This document shows, piece after piece, positions 47,769-62,200 of a stretch of DNA of 64,000 nt. Source of the DNA: Eledone cirrhosa (taxonomy: Eukaryota); assembly GCA_964016885.1 (NCBI GenBank), contig OZ024740.1, positions 212,226,001 through 212,290,000 on the forward strand. The letters run 5' to 3'. The notes beneath the pieces were generated by a model that had not been told where the DNA came from, made no database searches, and saw only the letters and a program-made list of their open reading frames with translations. How positions within the stretch are numbered: position 1 is the stretch's first letter; the number at the start of each line of letters is the position of its first letter. Position numbers and translations under genes: made by a program.

Positions 47769-50700
47769 CGTCCCAAACAATTAGTAGGCAGCGCTTTAAC
47801 ACCAGCGCTTTTCCAGAAGACATGCTGATTTTGCATGTGGGTGTCTCAGATGATGCCACGTTGAGAGGAAGACTGAAGGCAGAATGGGCCATCCTGCCAC
47901 CAGGCAGCAAAGTTGCTGCAATGCCAGAAGAAGCCACGGCCAATGCGATGTTTCCGTGTTGCCTCACTGCAGCGAGTAAAAGTTTGATTACAAATGTTTT
48001 GCCCGTGCCTCCAGGTGCGTCCAAGAAGAATATACCCCCTCCCCGATTATGGATGGAATCAACGACAATATTGTAGGCTTGTTTTTGATTCATTAGAAGT
48101 TTTGGTTCATTCTCTTCAACATACCTTTTGAGTTCGTCGACATCATATGACGTTTCACGTATAATGTCGTTGGGAATGCCAGATGGTGCATCTCGAAGTG
48201 TTTGTGGAAGCCCATATTTCTCCAAGACATCTCTGCCCATTGAAGCCACTCTGTCTTCAATATCGATCAGAGCTCTGTTATATATAGCTTCTGAAAAGCC
48301 GACATCTAAGTTTTGAGATTGCAATTGAGCGAGACGCCTATATTCGTCTGCGAAATCATCTTTAAACTTTTGTCATAAAGAGTAAGGATCACTCAATTCA
48401 CAGACGTGCAAGAGGATAGCAAAAAGTGCTCTTAGACTACGGGATGATTGTGAGATGGCAGCTTCCGTCAAGGTTGCATCCCATTGTGCATCATCTTCTA
48501 AAAGTCCACGCCTTAAGCAGGCTTCCCTGTACATTCCGCAGGCTTATCCATCGACGGTTTTCAGATGAGTGAAGCTAGTCGGCCTTCTTACCTCATGAAG
48601 CAGAAGTCGCAGGTAGAAGCATGTGTTGGGTAGGGTGGACCATATAAACTCGCCCAAGGCAATTGTCGAATGTGATGCCTGGATGTCCAACCACCTCTTG
48701 TCCTACCTTCCTTCGTAGCCATTCTCTCCGGTTCCATGTATAGTAAGACGGTATTTCAGAATACAGCAGAGTTCGAGCGAAGTCGTCATGTTGACAAAGT
48801 TTGAAAAAAGCGGTGAGTGCAGTTTCCTTTGGTGAGATCGTTAGCTGAGCAGCTGTTGCATCATTGAAATACACTCGTTGACCGTTTTCAAGGTGAACGG
48901 CAAGTTGTTTAATGAGGGGGTGGCGTTGGTGCAGTGGGAAGCTAAAAACGCGTCAAAAGGCTTCATTGCTGCTAATGTATCGGCCTGCTTGGTAGTCAGA
49001 TTCCTCGTCTCTACTGTTTTCATGACGAAGACCAAAGATGGCAGCATCCGATCCCTTGTTTACGTACTTACAAATGTATTGAATTGATTTTACTGAGTTG
49101 CAAAATTCAATGTTTATATGGGCATTGAATGCTTTCAAAAGGAGGGGGCAATATGGCACTATATATGGCACTGTTGTTGATTTCGCGTTCACCAACTTTT
49201 GCTGTGAACCCACCGTCTTCAGGTCTCCTGCGCCTATACAACGGATATCCGTCACCGCCAGTCTGTGTTTCCTGTAAAAACGGCCTGGGATATCGTTTTG
49301 TACACTTTCCGTCGTGTATGCACGGGGCCTTCATATTGAGTCCATGTCCACAAGGACCATGTTTGATGTGACTATAGAGAAGAAATGAATTTGTCGATGT
49401 AGTTTGAACTGATTTTTGTAACCAACCAAATCAAGATATGGGCATGCGGCAGCTCTCCTTTCTGCCATTCAACCGTGTACATGTCGCACCTGACAGGCCC
49501 CAAAACCTGTCCTTTCTTTAATAAATCCATTAATTTGGGTAATTTCAGGTGAAACACTCTTGCTATGAGATTGTGCCTGTGTCTTGGCGCTTGACCGTGG
49601 AACAGTTCGTTTGTAATCTCCTTCCACTTGGGATTGCATGTAAACGTTATGAAAAGGTCGGGGCGCCCATAATGTCGTACGTAGGTCATGGCGTCCTGAG
49701 TCCTCTCGTGCATGTATCGGAGCCCCCCTGTGAACATTGAAGGCAAAATACACACTTTCCCTAAATTGTCTGGGGATACATCGTAGATGATACACGTAGA
49801 TGAATGTAACATTCAGATCGAAGTTTCTTTTGATTTAATTTAATGAACCATAATCTCTCGGACTCCATTTTAACATCCATATCAACAGCAAATTGTTGGA
49901 AAAGGTCCCGAGAACAGTGTAGATGGTTGAATGAATTGTCCCTTACCATAAATCGGAAAGTGTAGAAATCCATGCAGGTGACAGTTTTCCTAAGATGTGC
50001 CTCACCATTGCCTGCTGAATGTTGAGTAATGCCGAAATGGTATCCATCCGCGCCGTTGACAAATAGCAATGGATACTGGAGTGCATCGTAGGACCTGTGT
50101 GTCTCATTGATACGCTGTAATGGGCTGTCTCGGTGCTTTAGAATGATATCTCTCTTGTTGTGCTGTTCACCACAAATAACCGCAGCAATCTCATTAGATG
50201 TTGGTGCGTTGAACCGACCAGCGTGTTCTCCAGATGGCCTTCGGTCAGCATGTATGACTACACTAAAGTTTTGGTCGGTGGCTGTTTCCAAATCGTACTT
50301 GAAACTGCGAACATAGCTGTTTATGTCGTGAAGCATTTCTTGAAGTTTTATTATGGTTCCAATGTTAGTTTCGGATGAAATAGAGTTTCACATCTCTGCC
50401 TGCTCCTGATAGTTTCCAACGAAGTATAACTGAAGAAATTGAGGATCCTTTTCTGCTAGAGGCTGAATAGAACCAATAGACCAGTAGATCTGCCCTGGAC
50501 CTTGAAAGTTGTCATGAACCCACGTTCCGAGGCAAGCTTTGCTCCGAAGGATGTCATTTGAAACGCGGAATTGTAGCGGTGGATATTACGCAGAAACTTC
50601 GATGATTCCTCCGTCATGTCTATCAAAAGGAGTTGCAATGTCTCTGGAGGGTCGTGAATAGGAGGTAGTCTAACTTTACCGTTTGAACAGCACATTCCAT

Positions 50701-51240
50701 CTATCTCCCCTTGCCACTTTTTCGTACAACAAAACTGGCAAGTAGAGGTCATTTCCCCAATTTGAATATCTGCATGGATGGCGTAGTCAGAGGAGGGGTC
50801 GTAGTTAAAGGCCTTCAACAACCATCGTGAATTGCAAGTCCTAGAAATGCCATGTAACGATGATCGCCACTGTTCACTTTGCAGAAGTCGGCCACGTCGT
50901 TGCTCTATGGTTTCAGTAGTTTGTGCAGCAGCAGTAGCAGTGGCGTCCCTGCTTCGTCGAACGGCGTGCCGTCCTTCATCCTCTCGAGTCCGAGCAGTGG
51001 CTGTTGCAGCAGCGTCCCTGCTACGTCGAACGGCACGTCGTCCTTCATCCTCTCGTGCGCGAGCAGCAGCAGTCGCGGCAGCACTTTTATTTCGTCGAAG
51101 TTCACGCCGACTGTCATCCTCCTCCGCTCTTGCAGCTGCCGCCTGCACAGTATTCTGTGAGAGCCTGATCGCAGTTGCATTTACATCTTTGGTGAGACAC
51201 CTTCACTTAGATCTACTTGCATCATTAGATAATCGACCAA
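47762..51240 (-). pseudogene. Helitron Rep/PIF1-like helicase, frameshifted and truncated at Walker B
   Basis: Zn motif CQFC..CCSNG, YNSAFQMTSFG, YDALQYPLLF, Rep motifs GRPDLFITFTCNPKW, VEWQKGELPHAHIL and YICKYVNKG, then helicase DAPGGTGKT, VASSGIAATLL and IVWDE. Confidence 0.95.
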
Positions 51241-52657
51241 TGAGAGTTCCTTTCTTGTGGGGGAATTGTTTTTAGAAAACTAACCGGGGAGAATGATAAA
51301 TAGTGGACAAATAACGTTTAAGTAAGCAAAAAAACACGGATATAAATTGTGAAAAAATGTGATAAATCTATGTGGTCTGAGAAAGTGGGTATGTTTTGCA
51401 CGATTTTGTGGACCAGTTAAATTTCAGGTTTTAAGTTAGGAGCAACGCAAAGTAAGTACTAACCATTGAAAGGATACAGGCAAAAATGGCCGAAATATCA
51501 CAGCATGATAAACTGGAACCTTATGACCATAAACACATTAACTAAACCTCCTTTAACCCTTTAGTGTTCAAACCGGCCGAAATTGTTTCCTCTTCATTTG
51601 TTCAAACCGTCCAAAACCGCCGTAACACCCACACTTAAATATCGTTCTAAAAATAAACAATACGAGATTACTGCGAGATTAGGCCCTTACCATGAAAATT
51701 AACACTTAATATAGTGAAACAACTTAAAATAACGTGTTTTTTTAACGGTGAAAGTAGAACAGATTTTTTGTTTGTATCAACATGGCTTATGAAAGTAGCG
51801 ATACTGACTTTCAAGTTTTTACACACGACGACATTCAAAATAAACAAGAAACAAAAGCTAATATTATTGATTTATCTTCGAATGAAGCAGATGTTTACAT
51901 TTCTGAAATTTCATCCGACGATGATTGTTGTTTTTAAAGTGAAAACGAAGATCGAACGTAGACTTCAAAAGTTATCAGGTACTAATACAGTGGTAATGTG
52001 AACTTCAATAGATAAAGTCGAAGGGAGAGGCTTAAGTGGGCTACCTGCCCCAGGAGGCCCCTACAATCGATGTACGGAAAAATAAAATAACCTACAACGC
52101 GTAATAGGACTTCAGAAACCTATGTATGAAATTTGGTGCAAATCGGTTGTAAAATGCATGCTGTTACACAAACAGACACACATCTTCTGTTTTATATATA
52201 TATATATAAAGATAAATCAATAAAAGGATTTTTCTATAAACTAAGAAAGTACCTACTTAGAGAAAATAAACATGTGCAGCACGTTGAATCTTTTCTTCCA
52301 AATTCAATTAAATATATCTACTAAAATGTATCTGATGAATATCAATATTTCAGATGGGTATTGCTGAAATATACTATGGACATTAATACTTAGAAATAAA
52401 TGTTATACCGTGTTAAAGATGAAACTTTTGCTTATTCATGTTTTTATAATAAATACATTCAAGATAAAAATTTGATGCGCAAGGTTGAAAGATTTGGTAT
52501 TAGAAAGAATAAATTCATCTCAAGGATATTTTAAACAGAACTACATAACTAAACCTTAACCACCACTACCACATGTAGTTATTACAATTTCAATACCAAA
52601 TATTTCACTAATACCATTTAACTGTAACATTCAGAATATTTCATCATCATGAAGATT

Positions 52658-52770
52658 AGTAGTTAGAGAATTGGATTTGCAATTGTGAGGTTGTGAGTTC
52701 AATTCCCAGACTGGGCAATGTGTTATGACCTTGAGCAAGACACTTTATTTCATGTTACTCTTTCTGCCAG
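52658..52770 (+). mobile_element. Degenerate tRNA-derived SINE head
   Basis: Homologous to 34253-34370. Confidence 0.7.
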
Positions 52771-53165
52771 GAATTGTGGCCTGTAGATAGTATCAACAAT
52801 AGGAAGACAAATGGAAACTTTCTTTCCTTGGTCTAATTTGAGGAGTTCCACCCAACTCTGTAAGAGAATGATGCCTGGGAACTTGTTAATTGTTTTCTCT
52901 CTCAGTTTTACTTTTCTATGTTGGCATGGGCTGGATGGAATGTTTAGAGAAAATATTTTACAGCCAGAGGTCTTTCCTAATGCCAACCCTTTTATTCAGC
53001 TTTTATGACATACAGGGATACAGTGTACCTATTCTAAAAACTGGGATACATAAAACATGACATTTATAACATTGAAAATATTATTGATAAAAAAAGGCTT
53101 ATTAATAAACTAGGTTTGTCAGAAAAGACACAAGACTAGGGTTGCCAAAAATGTTGAAATCCAAA

Positions 53166-53700
53166 CTATAAACTACAAGTTTTCCCCTTTGAAATAATCC
53201 CCTCAATTCTAATGCATTTTCTCATCCTTCTCTGCCATGCCTCCATGCACAGCCGGAAGAATTCTCCTGGAATTCTCTGCAGCTCCATCATCACATCTCC
53301 CTTGATGGCTCTGGTTCTTGGTCTCTGGGTTGTACTTGAGTCTGGTTCATTTTGAAGACACTCAACAATGTTATCACACATCTGCATGTGCCGCTCCTTT
53401 GGGTCATTGTTCACCAGCTTCAACACCATCTTCGTGCAGATCTTCCACATGCCAAAATCTTTGGTGATAATCTTTCCAATACTGTAGTGGTTCATGCCCA
53501 GCTCATTAATGATTAGTCAAACAGTCAGCCAATGATTGCTTCACACCTACCACGTGCTCAACATTGGCTTCAGTCCTGCTTATTGAAGGTTTTCTGCTCC
53601 AGGGGTCGTCTTTGAGCCTTTTGTGCCACTCAAAAACTCATGAGTGTGACATCTCATCTCTGTATAATTGCTGCAGTATTCCGAGTGCTTTTGATGGAGT
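53166..53700 (-). mobile_element. Internally deleted Tc1/mariner transposase relic
   Basis: Helix-turn-helix region (GRPST-like, IITKDFGMWKICTKMVLKL as a WVP-linker equivalent) fused directly to the C-terminus (AWQRRMRKCIRIEG, GDYFKG after a frameshift). The catalytic core is missing. Confidence 0.7.
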
Positions 53701-53799
53701 TTTCTCCAGCTAAATCAAAAACTTCAGGCTGGTTCATTGCTCTGTGCCCATCACCTGACAGTTTGTGGAGCTGTTAACAAACACTCTTAAAAAAAGATA

Positions 53800-54838
53800 T
53801 AATGGATGCAGAGAGCTGAGATCATAATTAATATCACTCCCCATTGGCTGTAAAGAGCTGAGATTACAGTTAATATCCTGGTGGCTGTAGAGAGCTGAGA
53901 TCACAGTTAGTATCACTCCCCTATGGCACTCCCCTATGGCTATGGAGAGCTGAGATCAGTTAATACCACTCCTCAGTGGCTCTAGAGAGCTGAGATCAGT
54001 TAGTATCACTCTGCAATGGATGCAGAGAGCTGAGATCACAGTTAATATCACTCCCCAATGGCTGTAGAGAGCTGAGATCAGTTAATACCACTCCTCAGTG
54101 GCTGTAGAGAGCTGAGATCACAGTTAGTATCACTCCCTGATGGCTGTAGAGAGCTGAGGTTGCAGTTAATATCACTCTGCAGTGGCTTTAGAGAGCTGAG
54201 ATCAGTTAATATCACTCTGCAATGGCTGTAGAGAGCTGAAATCAGTTAATATCACTCTGCAATGGCTGTAGAGAGCTGGGGTTGCAGTTAATATCACTCC
54301 CTGATGGCTGTAGAGAGCTGAGGTTGCAGTTAATATCACTCTGCAGTGGCTGTAGAGAGCTGAGATCACAGTTAATATCACTCTGCAATGGCTGTAGAGA
54401 GCTGAGATCAATTAATATCACTCTGCAATGGCTGTAGAGAGCTGAGATCACAGTTAATATCACTCCCTGATGGCTGTAGAGAGCTGAGGTTGCAGTTAAT
54501 ATCACTCTGCAATGGCTGTAGAGAGCTGAGATCAGTTAATATCACTCTGCAATGGCTGTAGAGAGCTGAGATCACAGTTAATATCACTCTGCAATGGCTG
54601 TAGAGAGCTGAGATCACAGTTAATATCACTCTGCAATGGCTGTAGAGAGCTGAGATCAGTTAATATCATTCTGCAATGGCTGTAGAGAGCTGAGATCACA
54701 GTTAATATCACTCTGCAATGGCTGTAGAAAGCTGAGATCACAGTTAATATCACTCTGCAATGGCTGTAGAGAGCTGAGATCAGTTAATATCACTCTTCAA
54801 TGGTTATAGAGAGCTGAGATCAGTTAATATCACTCCCC
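53800..54838 (+). repeat. 40/42-bp minisatellite (about 24 copies)
   Basis: Unit GCTGAGATC(AC)AGTTAATATCACTCTGCAATGGCTGTAGAGA. Confidence 0.93.
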
Positions 54839-55079
54839 AGATATTACATCCTATCTAATCTCTCTTTACGGCCGATTTATTGATTTGAGAAATGTAAGCA
54901 AAAACACTTCGTCTTTCCATTTTTCTTAGTCCATTTAACCAGTCTATTATTTATGCCCATTTAGAATCTAATCTCTCTTTTTTTTCTCTCGGATTTTCAA
55001 TTAATATTTCACATGTTTTTAATATGCCTCATTCTGTTTGACCCTTCCTAAAAACTAATCTTCTCCTAAAGTTACCCAT

Positions 55080-58079
55080 TTACTGCCCTCCCACCCCCGC
55101 ACACCACCATTTCTATTTGGCCCAATAATAACTCAGTGGTTTATAGTAAGTTCTCTTACAAATCTGTATAGCAAAGCTACCACTTCGATTATTACTCCTT
55201 AAGTTTAGACCTGGTTGTTTTTCGGTTTGCTAGGTGGACTGCGGAATTTGGAAAGTCTGAACACTCAATGACAATGTCACAGATAAAGATAAATTCACCT
55301 CCCGCTGCAGGACGAGAATGCAAGGATCCCTCTTTGTTTCAGACATAGATGACCAACATAATTCCGTCTCCCACACATCTCCCTGTCCCTCCAACCCATC
55401 CATTCCACCCACCTAACTTCAGAGTTGGTACCATGAATGTAGGCACATTGAAAGGTTGCTCAAATGAAGTTGTAGAGATGCTTGAATGTAAGGAAGTTGA
55501 TGTTTGTTATGTTCAAAAGACTAGGTAGAGAAGTGGATCTGCTTAATTCATCGTGGGTAAAAAACGATGCTATAAACTTTTCTGGGTGGGAAATGACAAT
55601 GGGCTGGATGGAGTAGGAATTATGTTAGCAGAAAAATGGGTAGATAAGGTAATTGACGTAAATAGAGTGAACAACAGAATAATCAAAATAAGACTTGTCC
55701 TAAATAGAACTACTGTGACAATAATATCCGCTTATGCACCCCAATCTGGACTACCTGGCATTATAAAAGACAGTTTCTATGAGTTGCTAATGCCCACTAC
55801 CTCCCAAATAACCAACAGTGACTACATAATTATTGCTGGCGACCTAAATGGTCATATTGGAGAACATTGTGATGGCTATGATGGAATCCATGGAGGCTAT
55901 GGGTTTGGTACTAGAAATGAGGAAGCCTTCAGAATCCCGAAATTCTGTGACGCTAATAACCTAACTATCTGTAACACAAACTTCAAAAAATGAGACAATC
56001 ACTTGATCACCTATAGATCAGGGGAACACGCCAGTCAGATAGATTATATCCTTACTAGAAGGTGTGATAGTGTCTGTTGTAAACACTAAGTCCCTCCCCT
56101 GTGAAGAATGCACCTTCCAACATAGCCTAGTAGTTAGTGACCTCATAGTCAGGAATAGACGTACTCGACGACAGAGGAGGACTACCTTGAAAAGAAGAAT
56201 ATGGAAGTTGAAGGGCCCCACAGCCAGTGACAAATTTAAAAGCTTATTACTTGATGCTTTTGACAATAAGGAGGAGCAATTAGAGATGTACAGTATAGAG
56301 GAACAGTGGGAATTCTTGAAAGTTAACCTGCTGATGGCGGCGGATGAAATCTGTGGCTGGAGCAGACCTATTGGCAGGAGGAGAGTAACTTGGTGGTGGA
56401 ACAGTAGGGTGGAGGAGCCAATCAAGGCCAAATAGCAGGCTTGGAAAGTATGGCAGGATGGGGGAAGTAGAGAACACTATCAAGTGGCCAGGAGGGAAGC
56501 TAGGAGATAAGTGTACCTTGCAAAAAGGGTAGCAGAGGATAGAAAGTTCAAGCATGTTCTACAACGTGAGGACCAAAAACATGAGGTGTTCAGGATTGCT
56601 AGACAATGTGTTGAGGAAAACCGTGATATTGTCGGGGAGAAGTGTGTCCGTAATGATAATGGTGTACTTGCCCTCAGTGATACTGATAAGAAGGTAGCTT
56701 GGGATTGTCACTACGAGAGACTATTAAATGAGGAGAATAAATGGGAAAAAGATAGTCTGCTCCAAATCGATCCAATAGAAGGACCAGTGGTGCAAGTTAA
56801 AGGTAGTATAATAAGTAAGGCAATCAAAGTTATGAAGACAGGCAAGGCAGCTGGACCTTTGGAGATAGTTACTGAGATGTTGAAAGCATCTGGAATGGTG
56901 GGACACACTATGGTCACCCGGATAGTAAATCAAGTAATACAGAATGGGGTCATACCAAAAGACTGGCGTAGCAGCAGCATCATTAACTGCTACAAGGGTA
57001 AAGGGGATGCTCTAGATAGGGGAAACTATAGAGGCATTAAGCTAGTTGACCAGGTCATGAAAGTCACAGAAAGAGTTATTACTTAACTGATTAGCGACTG
57101 AATTGATCTAGATGAAATGCAGTTTGGGTTTGTGCCAAGTAAAAGTACCACAGATGTTCTTCTTGTACGACAACTAGCTAAAAGTAAACCCATCTACTTA
57201 GCTTTTGTAGACCTGGAGAAAGCCTTTGACAGAGTCCCCTGCTCCATTATCTGGTGGGCTCAGCAATGTTACATGCAGTGAGACATGGGTATTGTGTGCA
57301 GAGGATCTGCGCAGACTGGAAAGGAACGAAGTGTGCATGCTCCATTGGATGTGCAATAGTAATATACGCGAACCGCAAAACATAAATGAACTAAGTGAGA
57401 AATTAGGAATAAGAGGGATCAAATGCTGTTTACTTAAGAGAAGACTATGTTGGTATGGTCACGTGATGCGCATGAAAGACGACAGCTGTATAAAAAAGTA
57501 CAGGGCGATCAAAATTGATGGAAGTTACGGAGTAGGTAGACCCAGATAAACCTGGGACGATCTAATAAATTCCGACCTTACACACTTGCACCTGTCTAAG
57601 ACAATGTCACTGGACCGAAATCTTTGGCGCCACGCAGTAATACAGAAGACACGCCTTGCTATGTACCAAGCAAAACCTAGTCAGTAGGCACCTCTTAACC
57701 AAATATACACCCCAACCCACTACCTCTACTCTATCCTCTTACTCCCACTAACATCACCCTCTCTCTGTAAAGTTGGTACCACAACATCCAGTCCAAATTA
57801 ATGAGATAATGAGTTTGAGATTGTGTAGGTGTCACGACAAAAAAACACAGTCCACGCTGTAAGGTGGTCGTGTAGGTAACACGCTAAAAAGTTGCCAGTT
57901 CCACACTGTAAATGTGGTTGGTGTTAGGAAGGGCATCCAGCTGTAGAAAACCTGCCAGATAGTCCTATATGAGCGAGACATGGTCATCCGACCAACCTTG
58001 ACTCAAATTGGGACAACTCCCGTCTAACCCATGCTAGCGTGGAAGATAGACGTTAAACGATGATGATGATGATGATGAT
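55080..58079 (+). mobile_element. Decayed RTE LINE (same family as 3240-6908) with the RT core deleted
   Basis: APE and linker are collinear with 3520-5370. At about 57261 the sequence jumps from IWWAL to AMLH.SETW (about 770 bp missing). (GAT)n tail. The 5' boundary is approximate. Confidence 0.92.
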
Positions 58080-58997
58080 ACAACTTGTTAATCTGTACCC
58101 CAGTCATAGATCACACAACACATAAATCCTATTCCTTTTCTGACATACCTTGGATATGATTTTAATTTTGATTTCATTGTAAATTTGCCATTTCATTCTT
58201 TTCCAGAAATCAAATTCTGTCTGATGAAATAAAAGTTAATAAGCAGCGGATCCAGACCCTGTTAGAAAAAGGAAAACGAGACGAAGAACTCATTGAAAGA
58301 TTAATGGTAAAAAGAATTCAGCTGTTTCTAATATAGAAGAATGGTTACATTCAGGGACAGATATAGACCTCGGTGGGCCCAAGGCAATTTGGATTTAGGG
58401 GGCCTCTCATGCCAAACAAATTAGAATACACACAAAACCCCCAATTTTCATGTTAAAGTCAGCTGGTGCAAGTAATTGGAATTTTAATGTTATACATACA
58501 AGTATTAAATTCCAAAAATCTAAACATCCTCATTTTATGTCCACTTTCCACACTGGCATGTGTTGGAAAGATTGTTGCAGTCTGAGACCAAACATATTGG
58601 GTGACCTCATCTTGCTCATACATTACATATTTAACATGGTTTCTATGGCTGGATGCCCTTTCTAACATAACCACTTTTGTGTGTTTATTGGGTGCATTAT
58701 TTTGCAATACCAACACAACCACTTTATACAGCGACATCAAATACTTTATAATATAACATTGTTTGGATAACAACCTGATGTCTCTAAAGTTGAGAATATT
58801 TGATGAATTTTGCCTCAGTAATGATATTAAATACTTTTTGTTACAAATATAGTTCTTGTTGTCAAGGGGATAAAAACTAAAAAGCCCAGCAGAGGACAGA
58901 AATAAATTGCTAGAGTTGTCACTGGTGAGGCCCCCTGCTGTGGAGGCATGGGGCAATTACTCCATTTGTCCCCATTAAATCTGGCTCCCCCAGTTAC

Positions 58998-59000
<3 letters not shown>

Positions 59001-59072
<72 letters not shown>

Positions 59073-59200
59073 ATACACTTATTAATCATCTTTTTATGCT
59101 TCATATATACATATGTACATGTAGAGAGAGAGAGAAGGAGAGAGTGAGTGAAAGAGAGAGTGAGAGAGAGAGAAGGAGAGAGTGAGTGAGAGAGAGAGAG
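59001..59200. repeat. (AC)n and (GA)n microsatellites
   Basis: Direct reading. Confidence 0.95.
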
Positions 59201-59233
59201 TCTGGGTCTTTGTCAGGGGAGGTGATTATATAT

Positions 59234-62200
59234 ATCTTGGTTGTCCATCGTAAACGATGATGACATCTTCATTATTTTAGTTCCCGTCTGCTGTGGGCAC
59301 GAAGGTGGCTGTGGAGGCTGATCCTTGACTTGCAGGTCCGGGGACAGTGGGGGCAGGGGAAGAGACCAGAATCGCTTGGGGCAGCTGTTGATACCTTTCT
59401 CCTTTCACGGGCCTCAGTGACCTCTGCCCGTCTCTTTTCTTCAAAAGAGTCTTTGGTGCGTCTGGTAAGGGCTCGCCACTCAGTCCTGTCCTGAGCATGG
59501 GACTCGAGTTGTTTTGGAGCGATTCCAGTGTTGTTGATATTGGACTTCACGCAGTCTTTGAACCTCTTGAGAGGCCGGCCCCGCTTTCGTTTCCCCGAAC
59601 AGAGTTCCCCATACATCAGTTGCTTCGGAAGCCTGTGATCGTCCATCCGGACGACATGTCTGACTCATCGACGTCGACTCTTCAGTATTATAGCTTCGAC
59701 ACTGGTTGTCTCAGCCATGTCAAGAACTTCGAGGTTGGAGACCTTGTCCTGCCATTTGATGTTCATGATTGACCGCAGGCTGCGCATGTGGAACCGTTCC
59801 AGCTGCTTCAGGTGCCTTCTGTACAGGGTCCATGTTTCACATCCGTAGAGGAGGCTGGTGAGAACAACGGCCCTGTACACCTTGAACTTGGTGGACTCCC
59901 TGATGTTGTGCTGGTTCAAGACGCGTGTCCTCAGGCGGCCGAGGGCTTAACTGGCCTTGCAAATCCTGGCATTTATCTCCTTGTCGAGGCTTCCATCGCT
60001 GCTGATGACACTGCCGAGGTACTTGAAGTCGTCCACCGTCTTTAGCTGGGTGCCTCCGATGGAGATGGAAGGAGGGTGAGAGAAGGAGGCAGGTGCAGGC
60101 TGGAGCAAGACCTCAGTCTTGCCAAGGCTAATTGTGAGACCGAAGAGGCAGGAGGCCTCCGTGAACTTGTTGACGATGTCTTGGAGGTCAGACTCCCTGT
60201 GGGCCATGAGGGCAGAGTCATCAGCAAAAAGTGCCTCCAGGACGATCCTCTGCATGGTCCTTGTCTTGGTTGTCAGGTGCCGCAGGTCAAACAGGAAGCC
60301 GTCCAGTCTGTATCGCAGATACGCTCCATGCTCGAGGTCCCTGACGGCATGATTGAGCATGCAGATGAAGAACAGGTTGAAGAGGACAGGAGCCAGCACG
60401 CATCCTTGCTTGACGCCGTTGGTGATTCCGAGCGGCTCCGATGCCTCTCCTCCCGAGCACACCTGCCCGGTCATGTCATCATGGAATTGCCGTATCAGGT
60501 TCATAAACTTTGTCGGGAATCCAAACTTCAACAGGATTAACCAGAGGGCCTCCCTGTTGACAGTGTCGAAGGCCTTCGTCAAGTCTATGAAGACAGCAAA
60601 GAGGTCCATGTTCTGCTCGACACACTTCTCCTGCACCTGGGGTACAGAGAAGATCATGTCGACCGTGCAATGGTTTGGGTGGAACCCACACTGGGCCTCA
60701 GGCAGGTTGTCCTCCAAGATGTTGGCGATGAGGCGGTTGAGCATGACCCAAGCGAGGACCTTCCCAGCAATGGACAGGAGAGAAATGCCCTGATAGTTGC
60801 TACAGTCAGTTTTGCTGCCTTTGTTCTTAAAAAAGTGAGACAACTGTGGCATCCCTGAAGTCTTTGGGCACCTCTTCTTCCTCCCATATGCTGACGAGGA
60901 GGGTATAGAAGGCCCCCAGGGCAGCTGGACAGGCCAACTTGAAGATCTCGTCCTTCCCAGGGGCCTTTCCTGAGCTGATCTGCTTGATTGCTTTCGTGAC
61001 TTCATCCAATGTGCGGAGGGGGAGGTCGAGGCTGCCGACTACAGGCTTCTGTGGGACCTGGTCAAGGGCGGCAGGGTTGACAGTGGAGGGCCTGTTGAAC
61101 AGGTTGCTGAAGTGCTTTCTCCACCTCGAGTTGATGCTGCTCTTCTCCTTCAGCAGGATCGAGCCGTCAGCAGACAGCAGTGGTGTGGTGACAGGCTTGG
61201 GGTGTCCGTAGACGTCCCCGATGGTGCTGAAGAACATCTTGGAGTTCTTTGTGTCAGCATATCTCTTGACTTCTTTGGCCTTCTTTTCCCACCACTTGTC
61301 CTGCATTCTGCATAGCGCTGCTTGGGTCTGCCTCTGGAGGTGCTTGAAGCGGTCGCGCTTCGAAGTGGAGGAGCTGTCATTCTGCCACTCAATGAAAACC
61401 CTCCTCTTCTCGTCCAGGAGTTGTCTGATGCGCTCATCGTTTTCATCAAACCAGTCCTGGTGGACTCTCTCCCTCGGCCAGATGGTTGCCTTGACTGACT
61501 CTGTCACCAGCGACCTGAACTGGTCCCACTTTTGAGTTGGGGGTCCGGTCAGTGGTCCATGGGCAGTCAGCCGGCTGTCCAGGTCTTTTGTGAACGCATC
61601 ACGATGCTCTGGCTGCTTGAGTCGTGCGACGTCGAAAGCTGGCCTACAGACTTTCAGAGTCTTGCGATGCATCGGGGTGGTGCGCAGTGACAGGATGGTC
61701 CTGACAAGGCGATGGTCAGTCCAACACTCTGCACCACGCATGGCCCTGATGATTCTGACATTACAGATGTCCCTCCTGCGGCATATGGCAAAGTCAATCA
61801 GAATCCACTGTTTGGATCTGGGGTGCATGTATGTCGTCTTGAACTTGTCTGCTTGGCGGAACAGTGTGCTGGTGAGAGTGGGGGCATACGCGCTGACGAC
61901 TGTGACATGCCGAGATGGGTTGAGGGGGAAGCAGAGCTTCATCAGCTGCTCACTCACAGGTGTTGGGAGGTCTGGTAGCTGCTTGCAGAGCGAAGTCCTG
62001 ATGGCCAGGCCTACCCCGTGGATTCTGTCCTCATCCTTTGCATTGCCCTTCCAGAAGAAGGTGTAGCCTCCTTTCAGTTCTGCTACTGATCCTTCTTCGG
62101 TGACTCTAGTCTCGCTGATGGCGGCTATGTCGATCCGGTAGCAAGCTAATTCCCTTGCTATGAGGGCAGTTCTTCTCTGGCCTCAAGGAGGTCTCCCTAT

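Larger units (their letters stand above)
43407..52212 (-). mobile_element. Helitron (decayed and composite), inserted at A|T
   Basis: 5' end A|TCTTTATATATA..AAAACAGAAGATGTGTGTCTG at 52212. 3' end is the hairpin TACCCG-agcaacac-CGGGTA, then CTAG|T at 43407. The RepHel relic lies between. The two ends may belong to different related copies. Confidence 0.75.

Noticed and set aside
45865-54838. 48-bp and 40/42-bp arrays as CRISPR arrays, or as Cys-rich repeat proteins
   Set aside because: There are no unique spacers or cas genes and the context is eukaryotic. The 16-aa periodic ORFs follow from a unit length divisible by three.
58350-58992. Possible hAT-type MITE (CAGGG..GGGCCC ends)
   Set aside because: The terminal repeats are too degenerate and no target-site duplication could be confirmed.
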